DNA of 64,000 nt from Octopus sinensis (GCF_006345805.1 NW_021836292.1:157135-221134); one strand, 5' to 3'. Counted from the stretch's first letter, positions 1 through 12,844 are shown. Notes: generated by a model from the sequence alone, not told the origin. A program made the numbers and translations.

Positions 1-500
1 TGTTCTATGGGGCAGAAATCAAAATTCATGCGCTGTTGTAGAGGCCAGCTGCCCTGCAGATGTGAATGTACAATCAAAATTCCAGGAAACAGAGAACATT
101 TATGGCGATTTAATGTGAAACTTACAGCTACTGTACTCTGACGATATATTCTGATTTGTACCTATCATCATAAGGGCATTAGGTTATGTACGAAAAGAAT
201 TTGCACAAAGCCTAGAAACACTTGGTTTTCACGGAAAAAGTGCAAAAGAAACTGGCGCGGAAATTCCAAATTTAATCTATTATTGGCACAGTTGTAAGAC
301 ATTTCAGAAATTCTCCATGTGAGATTCTTAGATGAATAGATGCACACACCTGAGTGTATGCATCGACAGTTCAAGCAACACACCAACTCAACCACGCATT
401 TACAAACACCGGGAACTCTCTTAACTCAAAAGGTCTCGTTGCTTTGTCAGCAACCGGTTTGAAGTCTCTCAAGAAGTTAAATCAAACTCAAAGAAAAATC
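1..500 (+). mobile_element. 3' end of a degenerate R4/Dong-like non-LTR retrotransposon (REL endonuclease domain plus 3' UTR)
   Basis: Frame 2 from nt 2 reads VLWGRNQNSCAVVEASCPADVNVQSKFQETENIYGDLM*NLQLLYSDDIF*FVPIIIRALGYVRKEFAQSLETLGF, then after frameshifts ...CKTFQKFSM* (TGA 320-322). This fits the restriction-like endonuclease C-terminus of R4-clade elements, with in-frame stops. Confidence 0.7.
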
Positions 501-678
501 ATACACACACACATACATATTGTGTATAAAAGGTTAAGTGAAATCAATGGACATATCGCTGCAGACATGATGGCGTAGGGAGGAATATACTCGCTGACTG
601 TCACTCAAATCATGTAATCCTTATTATATATGCATATATATACATACATCTATAAATATATATGTGTATATATGTGTG

Positions 679-1078
679 TCAGATAGTGACCATTGGTTTC
701 GCACTTATAAAGTGTTTAGCCGTATTAGCGACTCGTCATATTCAAATGGCTAGAGACACGTCCTTCGTAGAAGTATGCCTTATACGCCTTATGAGGTCGA
801 TAATCTTTTTGAGCGGCATCCTCGTGTAGAACACGTTTGATGATATGGGTATGTATATATATATATATCTTTTTTCTGTAGAGTAACCAAGATCGAATAA
901 CTCCATAGTATCATAGAGAAAGCAGCTTTCGTGATTATGTATACGAGCACAGCCAGTGGTACTGCTATAGCCCACAAACCACGTGATGGCCTTTGCAATA
1001 CACTCTGCGACTGGAATGAGTCGAATTTCCTACACAGCTAAGTGCGTTATAGGTGCGAAACCAATAGTCACTCTCTGA
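679..1078. mobile_element. MITE-like element with ~32-bp imperfect terminal inverted repeats
   Basis: TCAGATAGTGACCATTGGTTTCGCACTTATAA (679-710) is inverted against TTATAGGTGCGAAACCAATAGTCACTCTCTGA (1047-1078). No TSD resolved. Confidence 0.5.
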
Positions 1079-1182
1079 CCGGCCATAACAAACAACCTTC
1101 CAAATATATTATTGTTCTAATGTTTTAGAGTGTGCTTCTTTTTCAGATATATGAACTGCTGACGATATATATGTATCTGTTC

Positions 1183-1290
1183 TAAGTTCAAATTTCGCCG
1201 AGGTCGACTTGCCTTTCATCCTTTCAGGATCGATAAATTAAGTACCAATCAAATACTGAGATCGATGTGATCGACCATCCCCCTTCTCTC
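1183..1290 (+). mobile_element. SINE family A, partial diverged copy
   Basis: GTTCAAATTTCGCCGAGGTCGACTTGCCTTTCATCCTTTCAGGATCGATAAATTAAGTACC matches the body of the copies at 39499 and 41353. Confidence 0.6.
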
Positions 1291-1391
1291 AAATTCTGAG
1301 CCTTGTGTCTATACCGGAAAGGATACATATGTGTCTATGTGCGTGTGTGTGTGTATGTGTGTGTGTATGTGTTTGTGTGTGTGTGTGTGAA

Positions 1392-1560
1392 GGCGCATGG
1401 CTCACTGGCTAGAGCATCGAGTTCACAATCATGAGGTAGTGAGCTCGATTTCTGAACCACGTTGTGTGTTGTGTTCTTGAGCAAGATACTTTATTTCGCG
1501 TTACTCCAGTTCATTCAGCTGTAAGAGTGAGTTGTGATGTCACTGGTGCCAAGCTATATA
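1392..1560 (+). mobile_element. tRNA-headed SINE family B, partial copy
   Basis: The head GGCGCATGGCTCACTGG..GAGCTCGATT and body ..GTCACTGGTGCCAAGCT match the copy at 24150-24480. Confidence 0.65.
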
Positions 1561-1565
1561 TATAT

Positions 1566-2290
1566 GCTGATCCGTTAATCGTTAATTAACTAAGTTAACA
1601 TTTTCGTTAACGATTTGATTTTTAAGTTAACTTTGAAAATCATTATCGGACTAATTATTTTCCGTTACATTTAGCTTCCGTTAACTCAAAACTCGTCTTC
1701 TGCAGCCCCTTGGTCGGCGCAGTTTTGGCAGACGTCGACGAAAGATTTGCGACCCTCCTGAACGATGAGGAATGCCTACTGGCTGCTACATTCCTCCTCA
1801 AGTTTCGCCTCATCTGATTGGATAGGTATGATAGCAGAAGTTCACCAAGGTGAGGAAAAGCATGGGGGATAAGGCCGAGGAGGCCATAAGGCAGCAGTCT
1901 GAGGAAGTGAGCTGCAACAGTAAAGGCAGCAAAAACGAAGAGGTGGAGGATGGCTGCTTCAGTGGTGTCACCCAAAAAAAGGGGAGCGGAAGTCACAGTT
2001 CACTGAAGGACAAGGCCCAGAATTTAGAAAAGACCTGGTTGGAGACCAACTTCAAAGATCTGCTAATAGATGCTGCCTTCTTGAGTGAGCAAGTTTTGGT
2101 GGACTTGTTCATCAAGTTCAACACAGCTATCCCTTCCAGTGCTGCAACTGAACGTTTATTTTCCATGGGCAAGGACATCTTAAGTGCCAAAAGATCGTCC
2201 TTGTCTGGTGAAAATTTTAGTAAGTTAATTTTCATGAAGGGCAACATGAACCTCATCAACAACATGAAAAAGAAGAGGAAAAATGAAATT
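1566..2290 (+). mobile_element. hAT-superfamily transposase remnant
   Basis: ORF 1850-2359 contains LFIKFNTAIPSSAATERLFSMGKDILSAKRSSLSGENFSKLIFMKGN, resembling the hAT C-terminal dimerisation domain. An upstream frame reads LVGAVLADVDERFATLLNDEECLLAATF. Clustered GTTAA/TTAAC subterminal-like motifs lie at 1566-1685. Confidence 0.7.
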
Positions 2291-2388
2291 ATGTATATAT
2301 CGTGTTTTTCATTTTTTATTTTTACTTTTTACGGGCATTTTATCAATAATTTTTTTTAGCTTAATACTAATATTGTGTCTCAACTGAG

Positions 2389-2419
<31 letters not shown>

Positions 2420-4624
2420 TGACTCTAAAAGCTTTTAAAAACCTTTAAAAAATGGGGCCAAAACTATGAAATCAGCCTTTTTAGGTCCTTTGAAATTTAA
2501 AACTATAAAATTAATATTTTTTAACTCTAAGCAAAAAAACTATAGTTTTGGAGTTCTAAAGCCCGCAAAAAGACCCAAAAAGCTGATTTTATAGTTTTGG
2601 CACTTTTTAACCCTTTATTGTTTAAATCGGCCAATTAGCTGTATCTAATTCTTTTACGAAATCTTTTTAAAAAATAAACAAATTACGAAAGAATAAAATT
2701 CTCGTAGCTTTGAGATAATGTGAGGGGTTTTCTTCCAGAAAACACAGAACTGAGAAAAAAGCAAAATTAACTGAGATGGATGTCAACAGAGAAAATATTG
2801 ATTTCCATAAAGTGGGAAAAATGAATGGAAGGAAAAAACTTGGTAAATATTTCAGTGTGAATTGTTGTAACGTGGTATCAGGGCATGCTAGAAATAGCAG
2901 TCAAGTCTTTCCTTTTCTGGAAAAAAGGAGCCGTTTCCGCGTGATTTCGATGTCACGTTCGTTGAAAACATGCAAAATAACCTAGAAAAGAAAGAACCCC
3001 GCAAAACAAAACACTCTTGGTGAGAAACTTCGAGGTCCCCACTACCCCTCCCATCTTTCTTTCTGGAAAAAAGTGGCTTGCGGCGGATTTGGAGGTCAGA
3101 TACTTTGAATGCACCGAAAAAAATTGTGGGAAAAATTATTCCACAAAGAATAAAATCTTGTACCGATTATACCTGTATATTAATTAATTCAAATTAATGT
3201 ACCTCATCTTGAAAAGTGGCAAAATTTTTGTCAGTTGCCATCTGGGATAATTTTAGTAACAAATCAAACAAGTGAGATACATTAAGAATTTCAGTTTTAG
3301 TGTTTATCCATAATGTTATTGCTTTTACACCCGTTAATTAAATTTGCCTGCCCATAAAAGTCAAATTTATTCAGCAAGATCAGGCAAAATTACATAACAA
3401 TAAACCAGTGGTGTATAAAGCACCCACTGACAAAATTTAAATTCTGTATGTAAAAAATTTACAAAGTTACAAGCAAATATTGTGGACACCCCTCTTGAAC
3501 CTGAATAATTCAAAATAACGTGAACATGCATTCTACTTAATATGAATACTAAAGATGTTTTGAATCTTTTTTTTTTCTTACACACACACATAACACGACC
3601 TCGCTTGGTTGGGTCTACGTGAGTGTTACTTTGACATCATCATTCCATAAAATTTCTTTATGAAAAGAAAAATATTGAAAAATATCAATAGATGTGTGAG
3701 TGAAAAAGAAACGGGGAGGAAGGTTTGGGGATACGCTAGAAACAACAGCCAGATCTTCCTTATGTGGGACATGATCCGAAACTCCGTTTTGCAGAGCCCC
3801 CCCCCCCCCCTCCCCCGCTTCCTTCCAAAAAATTTTGCCTACAAATTTCTTTGTAATCGTAATCTACACCGTTTGAAAGGTATTTGTATAAACTTTCATT
3901 AAAAAATATCTATTTTCCAGAAAGTAATGAGAGGAAAATTTTGGGTCTCTTTGAATTTTCCGAAACCCCTCTCCGCAGCCCTCGGAAATTTTTTTCCAAT
4001 AAATCTTTGCGTACACTCAATCTACAGGATATAAGCAATTATTTGATAAAAGTTTCGTTAAAAAGTATCCATTTTTCTGGAAGTTATAGATGTGTGTGTG
4101 TGTGTGTATGTATCAATGTAGCTATGTATGCGTGTATGTGTGTGCGTGTGCATGTACGTGTGCGTGTGCATGTGCGTGTGCGTGTGTGTGTGTGCGTGTG
4201 CGTGTGTGTGTGTGTAAGTGTGTATAAATAATAACTGATATATGTTGGTAGCAAACACCCTTTACCATTTTCTTATTAAATGCCGAGGCTTGTATCCGTT
4301 AAGATGGAAATGTATAATTCCACGTTCAGCCTTGCTAATCTTCATGCTTATATATAGTGTTTTAAAGTCATACAGATTTGTAATTTCTAAAATTTATAAA
4401 TCTTCATGGTATTAATTTTTCAGCTAATGCGTTGGGATTTTCTTTTTTTTTTCTTATGAACATAAATTGAATTATCCTTTGTGCATTCTACGTGATGTCC
4501 CAACTTCTATAATTGAATGCTGTATCACCTTGAAATTTTACCCTACCATCATAAAAATACTATAGTATATTGATATAGGAAGTAAAAGCTATAGACGTCA
4601 CTCTCAAGCTAGTATGTATGTCTA

Positions 4625-4815
4625 TGTTTGTACCCCCACCTTCACTTGACTACCGATGTTGCTGGGTTTACGTCCTCATAACTTTGTCGTTTGCAAAACA
4701 CACCGGTAGAATAAGTACTATGCTTACAAAGAATAAATCATGTTGTCAATTTCTGTGACTAAAGGTGGTGCTCCGGCATGGCCGCAATCACATGACCGAA
4801 GCAAGTAAAACAATA
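4625..4815 (+). mobile_element. SINE family C, 3' half (diverged)
   Basis: AAAGGTGGTGCTCCGGCATGGCCGCAATCACATGACCGAAGCAAGTAAAA matches the tail of the copy at 10363-10785. Confidence 0.6.
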
Positions 4816-4861
4816 AAAAGCTATTCCATTTTAATGCCGAGCGACGCCGTGCATCTCTTTC

Positions 4862-4897
<36 letters not shown>

Positions 4898-4898
4898 G

Positions 4899-4942
<44 letters not shown>

Positions 4943-4992
4943 CATATTGTGTATATGTGCGCGCTTGTGTGCGTGTATATATATATGTGTGT

Positions 4993-5038
<46 letters not shown>

Positions 5039-6229
5039 ATGTATGTATGTATGTATATATATATATATATATAGTGGGTGTAATTTTATGTTTAATCTGT
5101 AAGCAGAAGGAAGATGGTAGCATTAACTCACATAAATTAAACTTGACGGAAAATGACGTTTAATAATATCCTGGATTGGCGTTGGTGTTTGTCGCTTTGG
5201 AGTTTTGTAAAGAACTCATTAATTAGTTGGTTAGAAACAAGCTCCCGTGGAAAAAATAATCATTCAAGAAAGATGTACACCATATTTTCTACCGCTGATA
5301 ACAAAATGTTGCTCAACGTTGTATACTACTAGACTTTGCAGAGGGTCAAAGTTGGTAACAAAAACAGGACAGTGTAAACAAACAGGAAGGGCTGTGAAGC
5401 TAGAACGATGTGAGTTGGTGAACGGGGAAGAAACAAGCTCTGGCAGGAGACAGACAAGAATGCAACTTATCTCTGCAGCTGATCAGAAAGAAAGAAAGAA
5501 ATTCAAGTGAGGAAAAGAAATATGGCCGATGGTCACGTGCGAGCAATGAGAGAGTAAAGGCAGAAGAGTGAGGGAGAGAGAGGGACAGACAGAGAATGGC
5601 AAAGAGGAGAGGAAAAGAATTAGAGAAAGGAAGAGAGAGGAAAAGAAAGGGGAGAGGGAAAGATAAACAGAAAGTGATAGAATAAGTGTCGCATTGAAAT
5701 TACTAAGATAAAACGTTTTTGGAGATGGATGCGTAGCATTCAACCATATAATAGTATAAATGATATATAAATATAATGTATTTTGAAATAATAGCATGAA
5801 ATTTAATATCAAAAAAATTCCTCACAAAGGTATGTGTCTAAAATAGTATTGTATTAAATATATATGTAAATATATGAAATATGACAGTTTAAAATTTTAG
5901 TAATTAATGTATCTTACGATTGTTTCACGAAAGTTTTGTCATTATAATGGAATCCATTGATAAACAATACTTCCGCTCGTCAGAGATTGAGAAAGTAAAG
6001 TTTGTATAATATATCAAATGTTATTTTAAAAATCAGAAAAATATATGAAAAAGTATTTTTGAAAAATAAAATTTACTGGTTTTGATTTAACTAGGTAGAC
6101 TTTGGTATGAAAATGCCATTTTTAAATTGAAGAGACTGAACGATATAGGGATCCAGTGCTTCTGTCTTACCTTGCAATTGCTTTGCTATTTTTATAAGGT
6201 TGACAGACGTTCAATTGTCAGGCCCAACT

Positions 6230-6800
6230 CCTCCTTCTCTTCTTCTGGATCTGGTGCTTCCTCCACCTCTTCACTGACAGACTTAGTTAACTCCAACAAA
6301 TCTTCGCCTGTTAGGGTTTCAGATTAGGCATCGATGAGGTAGTTGATCTCATCTTGTGTGATGTCATCAAGACCTTCGCCACCAAGTACCTTTGTCAGTT
6401 TTACTTCATTGTTGACAGCCTTATGCTGAATGTCTTCAGGTGAGAAGCCCTCATAGTCCTGGACACACTCTGGCCACATCTTCTTCCAGCATGCGATGAG
6501 GGTTTCTTTTTTAATGTCTTTAAGAGCAGCGTGGATGACTGACAAGTACATTGCAATCGTGAATTTATGCCAGTACTCCTTTAACTTGAAATTCTTGTTT
6601 GAATCCATTGCATCCACAAGGTTTTGGAGAGAGTTCCACATGTAAAGTGCCTAGAAGGCAAGGATCATGTTTTGATTCATAGGCTGAATGGGATGGTGTT
6701 AGCAGGAAGGAACTCGACTTGGACTCCCTTGTGATTCAAATCCAAAGAGTGACCACAAGCATTATCTATAACAAGCAAGACCTTGAATTCCATGAGACGA
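6230..6800 (-). mobile_element. pogo/Tigger-like transposase remnant
   Basis: ORF 6324-6641 reads KEYWHKFTIAMYLSVIHAALKDIKKETLIACWKKMWPECVQDYEGF. The upstream frame VLLVIDNACGH...VEFLPANT resembles the pogo DDE region. Disrupted by stops and frameshifts. Confidence 0.75.
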
Positions 6801-6885
6801 AGAGGCCTTTCTTTTTTCCGCCGAAACTACACCTGATTATATATACACTTTAGATGAGTTGTAGTGCACCTGAGCACTGTACACA

Positions 6886-6948
<63 letters not shown>
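6886..6948. repeat. (ATT)21 microsatellite
   Basis: Perfect trinucleotide run, read directly. Confidence 0.95.
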
Positions 6949-6950
<2 letters not shown>

Positions 6951-7292
6951 TTAAAAACTTCGCAGTCCACCGCTTTTTTTCTTCGGGCCGATTCATTCTC
7001 ACACACACATACACGCACACACACACATACACGCACACGCACGCACACACACACACAGAGTCCTTAAATAATAAAGCAGCAAGGTCGAGTCAATGAAATC
7101 GCTACCGTGTACAACACAAAATGAGAGGAGGGTATACGTATGTACCGAAGTAAAGACGAATTTATATTCCAGATGCATGTACAATCACAAGTGTTTTTCT
7201 TTTTTTTTTTTCGCATGGTCTAATAACTCTATTCATCAATAAAAAGCGCGTCTGAAACAGGTGTGGTGAGTGAACGACTATCCATCTATTCT

Positions 7293-7340
<48 letters not shown>

Positions 7341-7352
7341 TATATATGTGTG

Positions 7353-7924
7353 TACGAGCAAAACGCCCCCCCCCCCCGTCTAATGGACGGTACTGAATCA
7401 TATCTGCTGAATAAAAAGCAATCAGTGTTTTCTTTTCATTTAAAAAAATAATTAAGCATGTCTTTATTGCAATAAATTTTGGGGTTTTGTTAAACGAAGT
7501 TAAGGCAAAAAAAAAAATCTTCTTGAGAAACCAAATAGTCTTTCCTTCCTTCATGCTTAAGTTTGAAGAAAATATCTCTTTTGCATCTTACTTTTTTGGT
7601 CTCTTAAATATACTGTATTTTGTGTCATTATTTCAAGCCAGCCGGCTTCTTTTTTTTTTTTGCGCAAACTGCACGTGCATTTTTCTCGCATACGCGTAGT
7701 ATCGATCGCAACAGCTGATGTACTTGCGCGTACAAATGCACGTTCCCACGGCTTTATCGATCGCATTCTCACCTGGAATCGATTTTTGTAATTTTTTCAA
7801 AACTTATACACGCCCTGATACCGTCGGTATCTACATATCAAATTTGAGCGCAATCGGATAGAGGATGCCCGAGATCCTAGAAGGCACACACACAGACAGA
7901 CAGAACGAATTTTATATAATAGAT
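7353..7924 (+). mobile_element. Non-autonomous Helitron-like (Lep1/DINE-1-like) element
   Basis: Starts TACGAGC with an early hairpin CCGTC-TAATG-GACGG. Ends CAAATTTGAGCGCAATCGG...(CA)n(GACA)n...TTTTATATAATAGAT. Same terminal architecture as 30115 and 47890. Confidence 0.55.
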
Positions 7925-8641
7925 ATATGTATGCATGTGAGGTGTTACTTATAGTAATAACCCTTGCTGTAATAATGTATTTTATATTTGAGAAAAAAAA
8001 TTATATACTTGTATTAATTTTTTCCTCAATCGGTTTTCCACGCTGGCTACTTGATAAATCTTATATAGATTTTATCCTTGTACTTTATATATATCAGAAG
8101 CGTGCGGTCCATCGAAGCAAGGGAAGCAACGTTTCCCTTTAAAATTATAGAAACAAAATCGAAACTACATTACTTATTTTTCATAAGATCATTCTTTTAA
8201 TGTTCTGTATAATTACTATAAGCTACATGACATCATAGGCTTCAGACTTTTATTGTCGGAATTTGCATGAGACGACACGCAGTGGCAGACGCCACAAAAA
8301 AAATCTGTGCAAGGGAACCAACACGAGCTGTTGCATCCTTTCCGCTGTAATATTTTAACATTTTTTCCGATAAAAATGCCACAAAGACAATTTTTTTTTT
8401 CTAGTAAGCGCTGATAACGAATAGTTTTAGATGCTAATAAATACTTATACGCTTAGATTAAGTTTCTATCAATTCGCAATACCTATAATATATATATAAT
8501 CTTACGCTGTTATGTAGCACTTACATTGGGAATGGAAGCAAGTTGACATTCTACTTCCATCAGGAAAACGGTGAAAAGATAACGCGCGTGGTTTTCTTGG
8601 TTTATTCAACTATTTCATACTTTTTCAGAACACCCTTAATA

Positions 8642-9908
8642 TTTGGTCGTCCGGAAAGTTTGTGCCGATTTATAGTAGCTTACCTTTTGACTTATTTTAG
8701 AAAATAGATGGGTCCATAAAATAGGATTTTACTACACATCCATTTAGAGCACAGTTTAAGCTATCTTTTCGTTGAAGAAGGTTTATGTTCCTATAACCTG
8801 TGTTAATTCTGTAACCCTTTAAAATGGAAGATAAGGAAGTTCATTTTCGGCACTTGATGCTTTTCTTTTCCTGTAAAGGGAAAATGCCTCACAAGCAACC
8901 AAAGAAATATGCGCAGTTTACGGTGATGTTTCTTTATCCGAAAGAACTGTACGGAAGGTTCCGAGCTGGAGATTGTAGCCTTATTGATAAAGAGCGATCA
9001 GGCAGACCATCCACTACAGATGATGACCAAATCAGGTCATTAACTGAGAATAGCCCACATTGCACAACCCGGGAATTGTCAGAAAGCCTCAACCTATCAA
9101 AATCCGTCGTTCATGAGTACCTGGTAAAGCTTGGGTACACAAATCGCTACGATGTTTGGGTGCCACATGAGTTGAGTGAGAAAAACCTTTTGGGTCGCAT
9201 CTGTGATTCGCTTTATAAACGGAATGAAAACGCCCCTTTTTTAAAGCAAATTGTGACAGGTGATGAGAAATGGATTATCTACCGAAATGTTCAGAGAAAG
9301 CGATCCTGGAATAAGCGATATGGGCCACCCTTAGCCACCCCAAAAGCGGGTCTTCAACCTAAAAATGTCTTGCTTTGTGCCTGGTGGGATTGGAAAGGAA
9401 TTCTGTACTATGAGCTTCTCCCAAGTAACCAGACAATTAACTCTGAGAAATACTGCACACAATGGGACGAGTTAAAAGCAGCAATTCGATAGAAACGTCC
9501 AGAATTGACCAACATGAAGGGTGTTGTTTTCCAACATGATAATGCAAGACCGCATGTTTCTTCGGGAACCAGACAAAAATTGCCGCAGCTCGGTTGGGAT
9601 ATGTTACCTCACCCTCCATATTCACCAGATATTGCTCCTTCGGATTTCCACTTATTCAGGTCTCTGCAGAATAGTCTTAATGGTAAAAATTTCAATTCCT
9701 TGGATGACGTAAAAAGATACCTTGATGAATTCTTTGCCCTGAAACCACCTCAATTCTGGGAAGAGAGTATTTTCAAGTTAAAGGAAAGATGGAGACGCTT
9801 TGTGCAACAAGAAGATTCATATTTGGTTGATTAAAAATGTAATGGCAAGTATTTATTGACCTTTTTCTTTCCTATAAAATCAGCACGAACTTTCCGGACA
9901 ACCCAACA
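8642..9908 (+). mobile_element. Full-length mariner (DD34D) element with disrupted transposase
   Basis: TIRs TTTGGTCGTCCGGAAAGTTTGTGCCGATTT and AAATCAGCACGAACTTTCCGGACAACCCAA. ORFs 8824-9492 and 9505-9834 carry WVPHEL, IVTGDEKW, QHDNARPH and YSPDIAPSD. There is a TAG at 9490-9492 and a frameshifted segment near 8875-8950. Confidence 0.92.
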
Positions 9909-10146
9909 TAAAATGCGATTTTTTTTATTTCAAAAATAGCTGTATAATACGAACATGTCACTTTGATTCAAATATCTACGTGACAGAAGATTTTGGCCAT
10001 GGGTGCGTGCTGAGAAGTTGGCTTTCCAGCCACATAGTTCAGGGTTCAGCCCCACTACGTGGCGCTCTTGGGCAAGTGTCTTCTACTATAGCCCCGGAAG
10101 CGGATTTAGTGAACGGAAACTGAAAGGAGACCGCGGTACGTATACA

Positions 10147-10943
10147 ACTTTTATTTGTTTATTTGTTTCAGACATTTGATTGCGGCCATGCTGAAACACC
10201 ACCTTTAGTCGAAGAAATTGACCCACGACTTATTCTTTGTAAGCCTAGGACTTATTTTATCGGTCTGTTTTACCGAACCGCTAAGTTACGGGGACATAAA
10301 CGCACCAACATCAGTTGTCAAACGATGGTGGGGGATAAACACACACACACACACATATATACAGGAGTGGCTGTGTGGTAAGAAGCTTGCTTACCAGCCA
10401 CATGGTTCCGGGTTCAGTCCCACTGCGTGGCACCTTGGGCAAGTGTCTTCTACTCTAGCCTCGGGCCGACCAAAGCCTTGTGAGTGGATTTGGTAGACGA
10501 AACTGAAAGAAGCCCGTCGTATATATGTATATATATATATATATATATATACGTATATATGTGTGTGTGTTTATGTGTTTGTGTTTGTCCCCCCAACATC
10601 GCTTGACAACCGATGCTGGTGTGTTTACGTTCCCGTAACTTAGCGGTTCGATAAAAAAGACCGATAAAAAATACTACACTTACAAAGAATAAGTCCTGGA
10701 GTCGATTTGTTCGACTAAAGGCGGTGCTCCAGCATGGCCGCAGTCAAATGACTGAAACAAATAAAAGAATAAAAGAATAAGAGAATATATATATGACGGG
10801 CTTCTTGCAGTTTCCGTCAACCAAGTCCACTCACAAGGCTTTGGTTGGCTCGAAGCTATAGTATGACACTTGCCCAAGGTGCCACGGAATGGGACTGAAC
10901 CCGGAACCATGTGGTTGGGACGCAAGCTACTTACCACACAGCC
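10147..10943 (-). mobile_element. SINE family C, middle copy, split by a nested plus-strand copy
   Basis: Tail at 10147-10345 and head at 10790-10943, both on the minus strand and separated within the internal TA/CA tract. Confidence 0.75.
10363..10785 (+). mobile_element. SINE family C, inner full copy
   Basis: tRNA-like head GGAGTGGCTGTGTGGTAAG..GGTTCAGTCCC, internal (TA)n/(TG)n tract, and tail ending GACTGAAACAAAT(AAAAGAAT)n. Confidence 0.85.
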
Positions 10944-11292
10944 AATGTATATATCTCTACTGTTTGCGTTTGTCCCCTACCACAGCCTAACAACCGGTGT
11001 TGGTTTGTCTTTGGTTTCTAACTGTTTAAGAAAATGGACTATCACTACATATATTCATATGTATATCTACTCAGAGTAGATAAAACAAGGGGCAACAGAT
11101 GAAAGGAATGTTGTTTATGTTGCCTGTCTCGTATCTCTATTTCTTCCATTCGTTGTTCAAAAAAAGTTCGTTTTCCATGTTTTTGTTTTTTGTTTTCTCG
11201 TTTCTCATTTTGTTCACGTTTTTTTTACGTCCTGTACCCATATATGCATGTATATATACATATATATGTAGGAATGTACATATATGTATACA

Positions 11293-11341
<49 letters not shown>

Positions 11342-11376
11342 TTATACATATATATATACATATATATACATACATA

Positions 11377-12634
11377 CGAGGGGCGTTCAATAAGTAATGC
11401 CCCTGACCCACTTCCCATAGCAGTAGAGCAACGAAACTTGGCACAGTTATTAGTCTTTTCCTACATAGGAACTACCCAGAGTTATGCATTTCTCCCATCG
11501 TTTGATACAGCTCTGGAGACCGTTTTTGTAGAAGACCCCAGCTTGGTCCTCCAACCACGACGTGACTTCAGAAATCAAGGCTGCATCATCTGGGAAACGC
11601 TTTCCTTTCAAAATCAACTTCATGGCTGGGAAGAGGTGAAAATCAGAGGGTGCAAGGGGAGGAGTTCATAGCTGCACGCCTGTGCTTCTGATTTGGCGAC
11701 AAGCGAGTTGTGGACCGGAGCGTTGTCCTGCAGGAGGAGGATGCCTTTGCTGATCTTGCCCCGCCTCTTGATTTTGATAGCTTCTCTTAATTTCCTCAAA
11801 AGTGAAGCATAATAGGCTCCTGTAATTGTGGTACCCTTTGCCAGGAAATCTGTCATCACTACTCCGTCCTGGTCCCAGAAGACTGTGAGCATAACCTTGT
11901 CAGCGGAGGGCTGCACCCTTGCCTTCTTTGGAGGAGGTGAGTCACGGGGCTTTCACTGCATTGACTGGGCTTTGGTCTGTGGATCATAGTGATGGACCCA
12001 GGTTTTATCCTGTGTGGTCAGTCTTTTGAAAAATTTTGACTCATCTTCTTGGCACATCTCCAAATTCATCCTCGAGCACTCAACGCGTTCTTGCTTCTGG
12101 AAAGGTGTGAGCAACCTGGAAATCCATCTGGCAGACACCTTTTTCATATGCAAATGGTCATGAATGATAGTTTCCACAGACCCGGTACTAATCTTGACCT
12201 TATGGGCTATTTGGCGAATAGTTATGCGTTGACCTTCCAAAATGGCAGCCTCAACTTGACGGACAGACGTCTCATCAACGGCAGAAGGGGGCGACCAGAT
12301 CTGGGAGCTGTTTCCACAGAGTTCCGACTATGTTGGAATTCACAATGCCAGCGTTTTACAAGGTCATATGATTGGGCATCATCACCATAAGTTACTTTTA
12401 TTTCATCAAAAGTCTCCCGTGTGTGCGTCCTTTCAAATACAAAAACCAGATCACTGCTCGACACTCAACAGGCTCCATTTCACACTTGACTCAGTTCAAA
12501 CACCTGTAAATCAGAAACCACAATTAGTTCAGAGCTGTAATTCGCCACTTAATCTATAGAGGTATAAATAAGTGCACATGCTAGATCAAACAACTGCAAG
12601 TGGGTCAGGGGCATTACTTATTGAACGCCCCTCG
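11377..12634 (-). mobile_element. Full-length mariner of a second subfamily (Himar1/Hsmar2-like), transposase disrupted
   Basis: Perfect TIRs CGAGGGGCGTTCAATAAGTAATGCCCCTGACCCACTT with TA on both sides (11375-76, 12635-36). Minus-strand fragments carry RSGRP, SARWISRLLT, TTQDKTWVHHYDP, MLTVFWD and LLQDNAPVH. The PYSPDLAPSD motif is deleted. Confidence 0.93.
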
Positions 12635-12641
12635 TACATAC

Positions 12642-12672
<31 letters not shown>

Positions 12673-12844
12673 CATACATATACACATATATATATATATA
12701 TATATATACATATATATACATATATATATACACACATATATATACACACACACATACATATGTATATTTATATATACATACACACATGCATATGTATATG
12801 TATATATACACATACATCTGTATGTATATGTACAATAATATATA

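Larger units (their letters stand above)
9998..11015 (+). mobile_element. SINE family C, outer (oldest) copy, split by nested copies
   Basis: Diverged head at 9998-10140 ending GAAACTGAAAGGAGACCGCGGTACGTATA. A diverged tail start GTTTGCGTTTGTCCCCTACCACAGCCTAACAACCGG lies at ~10960-11015. Confidence 0.55.

Noticed and set aside
2607-2620. TTAACCC/GGGTTAA piggyBac-like ends (also 31620 and 46091)
   Set aside because: No partner terminus was found. The 46091 case is explained by the foldback TIR and its TSD.
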